From Guillardia theta CCMP2712 (Eukaryota; Protista; Cryptophyta): a stretch of DNA of 63,558 bases. Each line of letters opens with the position of its first letter. Within the stretch, counting starts at the first letter, position 1. Under the pieces are notes generated by a model, which was not told the origin of the DNA, ran no database searches, and saw only the letters and a list, made by a program, of their open reading frames with translations. Location: contig NW_005434665.1 in NCBI RefSeq assembly GCF_000315625.1, forward strand, positions 940,090 through 1,003,647. The letters run 5' to 3'. The translations under genes were made by a program, and so were the position numbers. This document shows, piece by piece, positions 51,979 through 63,558 of the stretch.

Positions 51979-54900
51979 CCTTGTATCCCGACGGCTCTCT
52001 GTCTTTGGTCAAGATCTTATACTGACTACCCGAAGCCACAGGCACCTCAAACTCCACAAGAGCTTTCCTCGACAGTCCGAAGTAGCTTTCAATGACGCTC
52101 TCCTGCAGTCTCGTCAGCGCCGCTGCGACTCTTGCGCGCCAAGACCTCTCCACTTCCCGCTCCCTCCAGGATGACGATAGGCAGACCCGCGTAGTAGTTG
52201 TCGATAGAGCTTGCACTCTCATCAAGGACGATGAAGTCGATCCCCCCAGCTTGTGCTACTCCCAACTCTTCTTCAGCTGGCTCGACATCTGTCCTGTACT
52301 TTATCCCTATGTTCGAGTCGGCATTCACCGTCTCCTCCTCTTCCTTCAGCTGCTTCACGCGCCGGTAGCATCGGATCGAGATGAAGAGCAAGACCAGGAA
52401 GCAGAAGCCCGACACCACCACAGCTGCGATGCGACCAGCCGTCCACCACTCCGGCGAGGTCTCGAGGTGCTTTGGAAAGCGACCGCAGATGCCAACTGGC
52501 AGAGAGCTGGGGATGGTGGACAGCTGGAGAGGGTTGCTGAGAAGCTTCTGGTCGAGGTCGCCGAGGATCACCAACGCGAAGGGCTGACACATGTCGCTGT
52601 TCATGGCGTTCGGCGAGCTGCCGCGCAGGGAGGTTGCAGAGATTTTGACAAGCACCTCGCTGGCTGAGAGGTTCGACAGCCTGACAGCCTCCACATTGTT
52701 GACAGCGTCGCCTCCGACAGCCCCGTTTCCCCAGTACACTTGACGTCTGCTGCGATCTCGCGGATAGTCGGACAGAGGCTTGGTTCCCTCCGGTGACGTC
52801 ATCATGATCGGGGTGACCTCCAGCATCAAGTCCAGGTTGTTGACCAGCACTGCCGGGGCACCCATAGAGCCTGGAGCATCAGTGTACGCCAACGTCACAG
52901 TCAAGGGGCTTCCCGATGAAGCTGCATAGATCGAGAAGTTGTACATGACAGTCTCATTCAGCGACAGCGATCCCTTCTTGAAGCTGAAGGAAGGTTCGAA
53001 CGAGGCATACTGGCAGGCATGAGACGCCAGATCCCAGCACCGCGTCACGTCGCGCAATCGTTGACAGTAAACGATCAGATCGTTGTTTCCGCACTCAAAG
53101 CTCGCCCCACAATCACTGTTTGACCTGCACAACTGTGCAATGTTGGGGCCTCCAAGGCAAAACTTCGGGGATTGTGACTGGACAGCAGTGAGCCTCAAGC
53201 AACAAAGAGCGATCGACAACTACCTGGTTGAAGTCAGAGACACAACTTGACGGGATGGAAACTATGTCATGATCTAAAGCGATCATGCGAAACGTCTTGC
53301 GCTTTGTTTTGTACGGACATGAGCTGATCTTACTCAAATTTTGTGCACAGACTTCTGAAGAGTAGAACATCGTCGGGATTTCTTTGAAGACTTGTCTAGA
53401 AGGACACGAGCTATTGACAAAACACCTTGGGACCGACAGGTGTCAGTGTATGGCATGCGGAGTGAGATTCCTACCATGAAATGCAGCACGTCTCATCCAA
53501 GTCAGACGAATATCCGACCCCGAGGGGAACGGGTCTTGCCGAGGGATTGGAAGAGAAGATGGTACTGCAGGTTTGCGAACGACCATCTTCCATACTATTC
53601 CATGGTTGGCATGAGGTACCATAATCCTTGCTGAATCTCTCAGAGCCTGCGCTGCTTCTGAACAGCTCTTTGTTTTGCCCAGTGCACTCGCACGTTAAGT
53701 CAACGGGAGGCTGGATCTCTGTGGAGGAGGCGCTTGAGCGAGTTGCTTCAGCAATTCCCAAGGGAAGGACCTTGTCAAGCGAAGGGATCCCGAACCCGAA
53801 GAAACGGCTGGGCCAGGGGTTGAGGTGGGCTTGATTCAGGTCCCCTCCCGACTGATTGAGCACATGCCTTAGGGGGGCCGCGGCTGTCACCAGCATCGCC
53901 TTGACTAGCGCGGCGCTGGGGGAAAGTCGACTGCCGAGCCCCCGGAACCCGAGGGGGTAGAAGCCATCTTCGAAGTACTGCCGGACGAGGGCGGCTAGAG
54001 CCCCGACCTTGGCAGCTGACGATGAAGACCCTGACCTCGCAACGAGGTACGACTCACTCTTGGACGCGTTGTCGCAGCACCTGCAGCCTTTGTTGCCCCC
54101 CGAGATGGGATTCCCGTCTGACCGGCCCGCGATCACGTTCACGCCTGGAGCCACGAGCTCTGGCTTGACCCGAGCAAACTGAAGCTGGTCGAGAGAAGAG
54201 AAGATGCTGGAGGAAGCCGCCTGCTGCGAGACCCCATACCCTCTGCCCGACGTTGCGTCCATCGCTTCTGCACCGAAGTTCTCAGTCAGGTAGCGATCCT
54301 TACAACAAGACGGCTCTCCATAGACTGCACGTGCGGGATTAGCACAAGTGTTGGTTTGATCGACATTGTGAGAACAGTCAGCGGGCCTGCAAAGAAGACT
54401 AGTCACTGTCAACAAGCAAGGTTCGACATTGTTCGATCACCGGCAGCTTGGATCATCTAGATCTGTTGCTGCAATCATGTTCTTGATCCACGACTGAGAT
54501 GTTCCCACTGTCAAACAGTTCTTACAGGTGCCTGGGGAGCTGATCGTGTTGTCTCCATAGAGTCCATTGTCACCCGCCGGAAAGATCACCAGCATATCTG
54601 AATGCCTCGAGACAAAATCATCGATGCTCCATGCGTCGACTGTGTATCGGTTGCAGATGCTGGGCAATTCGTTGATCTTGTAATCACCCGCAACCGACTG
54701 AGCTGGGTCGAAGGACTTGTCCTAAAGCAACAGTCATTGCGGCAAGAGCGGAGCACGAGACAGAGGCACCTGCTGCTTCCACCACAGATAGTCCTCACAT
54801 GTCCAGGGGTTGACGAAGACACGAGAGCCAGCTCCATACGCGGAGGAGAGGAGAGCATCCCCGATGTCAGGTGGGGTCAAGAACAGACTGCCTGAATCCG

Positions 54901-57900
54901 CGATGTCCACAAAGAAAATTTTGGAGTCGGGAGCTAAGCCATCGAACTGCTCGAGTCTGGATGGAGACGAATCAGGATTGAGTGCCTTCCCTGCCATGCT
55001 CGTCGCCACGTGGGTTCCGTGCCCTCCCCTGCTCAGCTTCAGCCGCCGTCCTCCTGCCACCATCTTCACTGACAGTCAACGAGCAGGAGGAGGAAGCAAA
55101 ACCTCTCTGGAGCCCGGGAGGGACGACTCTTTGCCCCGACTGCTGTGGGTTGATCGTCACCACCACCGTCATTGGGGGGTCCATCGTATCGCAAGCTGCT
55201 CCAGCAAAGCCGCCTTTGCACGTGACCGCCTGGACTCCAGCAGGGTATCGATCCTGCTCAGCATGTCACTTGCACAGGCTCTTCGAGCAGCCCACCTGAA
55301 CTTCACCTGGACTCCCAGGTAGGCAGACCCGTCCTTGCGGAGGACCTGCAGGTTGAACTCGAGCATCGACTGGCGTCGGTTGAGCGAGGTTCCCATGTCG
55401 GGAGCCGGAGTGTATTGAAAGTAGGAGAGGGCGCTCTGAAGGCTTCCTTCGTCCATCACTATCTCTACCTGGGTTCTGTTCTTGAAGGGAACGGAGTAGT
55501 TTCTCCCCTCAAAGGTTGCATAGTACGACTGGTTTCCATTCACACCTGCCTCACATCCATCACCTCCGACCCTTGGCCATGCATGTTCGTCTGCTCACCG
55601 GGACTGAGCGCAAACCACGACGGCAGAGCGATGTCGCCTACGCCTCCTTGACGTGTCGAGCTCGAGGTGTCGACGGGCCGCCCCAGCAGCTTCACGGTCA
55701 ACTTGAGAGTTCGATTGAGCCCAGAAGACTCGAACAGCAGCTGCTTGAAGCCGAAGGTGTAGAGCCCTCCAGCTTCAGCCGTCAGGAAGTCCGTCGAGAC
55801 GAGGTACGTTTCTTTCCTTGCTCCACACCACCCGGACGTATTGCACCAGGTTGGTGAGCAGGCGACCTGCGGGCCCGACGGAGACGGGCAGACTCGATCA
55901 GCTTCTGTCATCGCTGCAAGTGCAAACGTCTTGGAGACAGTTCCGTAGGGGAAGAGGTCCAGGTTTCGAATGCGCATGATCGCTGACCCATCAAGTCACT
56001 TGTCACCATCGAATCTTCTAAAATCCTCACCTTGATCAGCTCCCATGCAGTGCTGCATGGAACATCGCGGGGGAAAGCAATGTCCCCCACAGACATTGCA
56101 GAGGTCTAGTTGCCTACCCGAGTCATAGGTGTTGTCACAGTAAGTCTCGTTCCTCAGGTAGCAGACGTCATCTGCTGCAACCGCGTTCGTGTTTCGGTTG
56201 CCAAGGTCAAGCGAGTGAGTGTTCTCGTCCAGCAGGTCTTGACCGTCCTGCTTGTCACTGCAGTTGGTCGATCGAGTGAAGAGCTGGAGAGCAGCCGTGT
56301 GAAGGATAGGGGAGCTGCCGTTGTTCCACACCAGGAGGCGCCATCCATCAGCTGACTGGCGGAGAGGATCGATGACTTGGTGGTGCTGGTATTCCGACAC
56401 GCTCGAAGCAGCGCTCGTCGTCACCCTATGAGTCACCTCAGCCCCTTACCCGCCATCACATGAACCTCACACCTGTAGTTCATGTCCCACCGGTTGGCAT
56501 TCAGGCAGTTCTGATTCCACCAGGATCGGTTCCGCAAGTTGTCAGTCTTAGCGGCTGCTTGCAAGCGTGAACAAAAGGGAATAGAAGGGGGACAAGTACC
56601 GACGGCATAGACTCCATTCTCAAGCACACAAACCCCGAGAGAGTTCATCTCAAGGAGATTCGCTTGTACTGTCAACGAGACGTTCATGTATAGATTGAGG
56701 TTGCGAGCTTGAAAGCTGTCAAGTCTCCAATCTTTGCTGCTCATCGAATCAGACTGGAACAAGAGCATGAGGGTCGCATCACCTATTTGGTTGCAAGTAG
56801 ATGTCGTAGACTTGTCCAGGCTGTAACAATGCTGGCATCTTATCCGTGAAAACGACCGAGTCATAATCTCTTGAGTCTATCCACAACCTCGAGCACATCC
56901 CACATGGTTGACATCCTGACTGCACTTGATAGCCCACAACCTTGCGTCGACTTTGATCCACCCGATTGAATGGAGGAACTCGCGTGTACTCCTCCCACCA
57001 TGCTAGAGTTGTGTTGTACGTGTAATACTCCGCATTCTTCTTGGCATCGCCACCGGATTTGCGCTCCTGTCAGGTGGTCAGTGTTGTCGTGATCGATTGG
57101 AACGCATACAGGAAGGTATTGTGTGGCAAAACATGAAGAGAGCGCAGGCTCCAACAACCTTCCCTCCCAATTCATCATGCAGGTATTGAATGACACTTTG
57201 CCGTTCAGAAACGAAACATTCTTGCATATGTCGACTAAAACCCCCTCGCTGTTCCTGATCGCACGAGGCTTTGGGTATTTTCCTCCTCCTGGATGAAAGC
57301 AACAGATAAGCGGGAGGGTTGTCAAGTCACCGACGAGGTACCTCTGGTGATGTTGCAGAGCTCGTGCATGGCGGTTTGAAGGCTTTGATATCCGGGTCTA
57401 TTGGGCACTGGCAACCAAGCTCTCACTAGTCTCATGGGTTCACCAGCCTCTTACCGTTACCAAACGCCTGGAAGAGAAACTCTCGCACGGGGGGCAAGGG
57501 ATGTCGGTAGTCCACAGGCGCCAACGAGGAGAAGTTGAGCGAGGTGTAGAAGCAGAAGCATTTCTCATACTGAAAGTTCCAAGTCAGCAACTGCTAGGCG
57601 CTCATCGCACCTTGTCACCAGCAGGGCACTAAACACGGACCACTGGAAGCCTGCGGTTGTTTTCAAGTGCTCGGTAGTATTGTCAAGTTCGTCATATGCA
57701 TACGTCTGCTTGCTGACAAACATCTGGACTCCATTGTTCCAAGTGACGTTCCCCCCGCAAGCAGCGCATAGTCGTGCACCTACTTGCAGGGTGCGGAGGA
57801 GAGGACCTCTCAGCGCTGCCCAGCTGTCGACCAGCAGCGCAATGGTCGGGTCACCTCTGAGTGAGAAGACGTAGCCCCGCTCGATGCGATCACGGCGGTC

Positions 57901-58971
57901 TCGGAAGCGAGCATTCAAGGGAGGGTATCGGCTCGGCACTCCCGCAGTTGTGCCAGAGTCTAGCAAGTGCGTATCTCTCGCTGAGAAGAGCATCATCTGA
58001 ATGAACGCACTGAAGTCTCTCTCGCCCAGCAGTCCAGCATAAGCAGACGCTGAGCATGCGCCCAGCCCTTGAAAGGCTCGAGCGGGATTCAAGCAGAACC
58101 AGGGGAAGGAAGGCTGCCACAGCATGCAATTGTCGTAGTCGAGCCCGGTGTCGGAGAGTGAGACTAGCTGACCAGACCCTGTGAGCCCGTTCAGCTTGAG
58201 CAGCAAGCCATCGCTGATCTCGGACTGAAGCCCTGTACCGGACATCAAGATCTTGTCTTCCAGCAGGTTCCTTGCCATGTACACTCCTTGCACCTCCACC
58301 GACAAAACATCCACCAGCTCGCTCACATAACTCACAAACTCAGCAGCCTTGCCCCTCCTGATCCTTGCTGATAGCACCCGACGATTGCTCTCATGCGCGA
58401 CAATGTGTTCGCTGTCTCCTAAGCCTTCTTTATCTACCATGCTCTTGATCACTTGATCAACCTCTCTGTTGTACCTCATGTGATGTGGAAGAAGCAATAT
58501 TTTGAAATCAATCAGACTTTGCCCGACACTTGCGTTTATGGCGCTGAAAATGTCATCATGTGCCATGCTTCCTGATGTTTTTTCTCCTATCCAGATCACT
58601 CCTGGCAGGGTCAGAAGGTGAGCTGCTCGAGATGCTCCTGCTGTGATGAGGAAGGTGTTGTTTGACAAGTACTCCGTCAGCTCATACCCCAGCACGTCTT
58701 CCACCTTTGCCCTCTCCTCCCCGGCAAAGCTTATGGACACTTGCATGTACCATTGCTTCAACTGGTCAGGAGAGCAGAGTTGTTTCTGCTCCTGCCTCCC
58801 ATCCTTGTGCTCGGCTACGGCACAGGAGACGAGGCCTCGTCCTCCTGTCCCGGCACCTTTGCTTGAACTTTTTCCGTGGGCTTCGGTGCAGTGGAGGCTT
58901 GGAGGAGGGTTGTCTGAGAGAGCAGGAGAGAGAGCATGGAGGAGACAAGCGAGGAAGCAGAGGTAGGTCAT
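51163..58971 (-). CDS. Large membrane-anchored S8 subtilase (KP-43/TagC-like), multi-exon
   Basis: Signal MTYLCFLACLLHALSPALS. Then VSLSDTGLD, GGHGTHVATSMAG, GLAPDSKIFFVDI, LVIFPAGDNG, ISSPGTCKNCLTVG, RVKPELVAPG, RSGSSSSAA..AALVRQYFEDGFYP, PSAALVKAML, VTLAYTD..VNNLDL, NNVEAV, TM helix IAAVVVSGFCFLVLLFISI and a spliced cytoplasmic tail. Confidence 0.88.
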
Positions 58972-59212
58972 CTCATCGACCTCATCCTCGCATGCTTCGC
59001 TCCTCCCTCCTTCTCCTCCACGCCATGGCACTTCACTGACCTCTGGTAGCAACCGGAAGGTCAACGCGGGGATGTGGGCCTTGTGTCATTGCCCGGCGGG
59101 CCCGGCACGTTCGGTCCACTCAGTGATCCTCAGTACCGGGTGGTACATTGGACCCCCTCCTTCCTCTTAAAGAATCTCGGCCCAAGGGGGGGTAGGTAGT
59201 GCACGTGCGGTC

Positions 59213-63558
<4,346 letters not shown>

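Overview
Eukaryotic nuclear DNA: gene-dense, with many short (~45-60 nt) GT-AG and some GC-AG introns, intronic microsatellites and two N gaps. A nuclear-encoded psbU with an ER-type signal peptide ending AFA|F and the intron style point to an alga with a complex red plastid, most likely a cryptophyte such as Guillardia theta (inference). Genes in order: a type-I membrane protein fragment; eIF5B with an extra tRNA-binding OB domain; an IQ + Sfi1-repeat protein; a CCDC142-like protein; an FKBP/TPR protein; a double-DUF1538 membrane protein; a RING protein; CreA; PsbU; FBPase; a small secreted protein; a NOL11-like protein; a ~10 kb scrambled island of one CRE-like (RT + restriction-like endonuclease) non-LTR retrotransposon; tRNA-Arg(ACG); a telobox-Myb/HNH fusion gene; a TPR-methyltransferase; a giant membrane-anchored subtilase; and partial RRP12. 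Best leads: (1) the retroelement island, where the element repeatedly inserted into its own copies, including ~10-20 nt 3'-end micro-insertions with target-site duplications, and where both RT copies read YADN; (2) the adjacent spliced gene joining a TRF-type telobox to an HNH nuclease; (3) the eIF5B/tRNA-binding domain fusion. All calls come from motif recognition by eye; exon boundaries are approximate unless stated.
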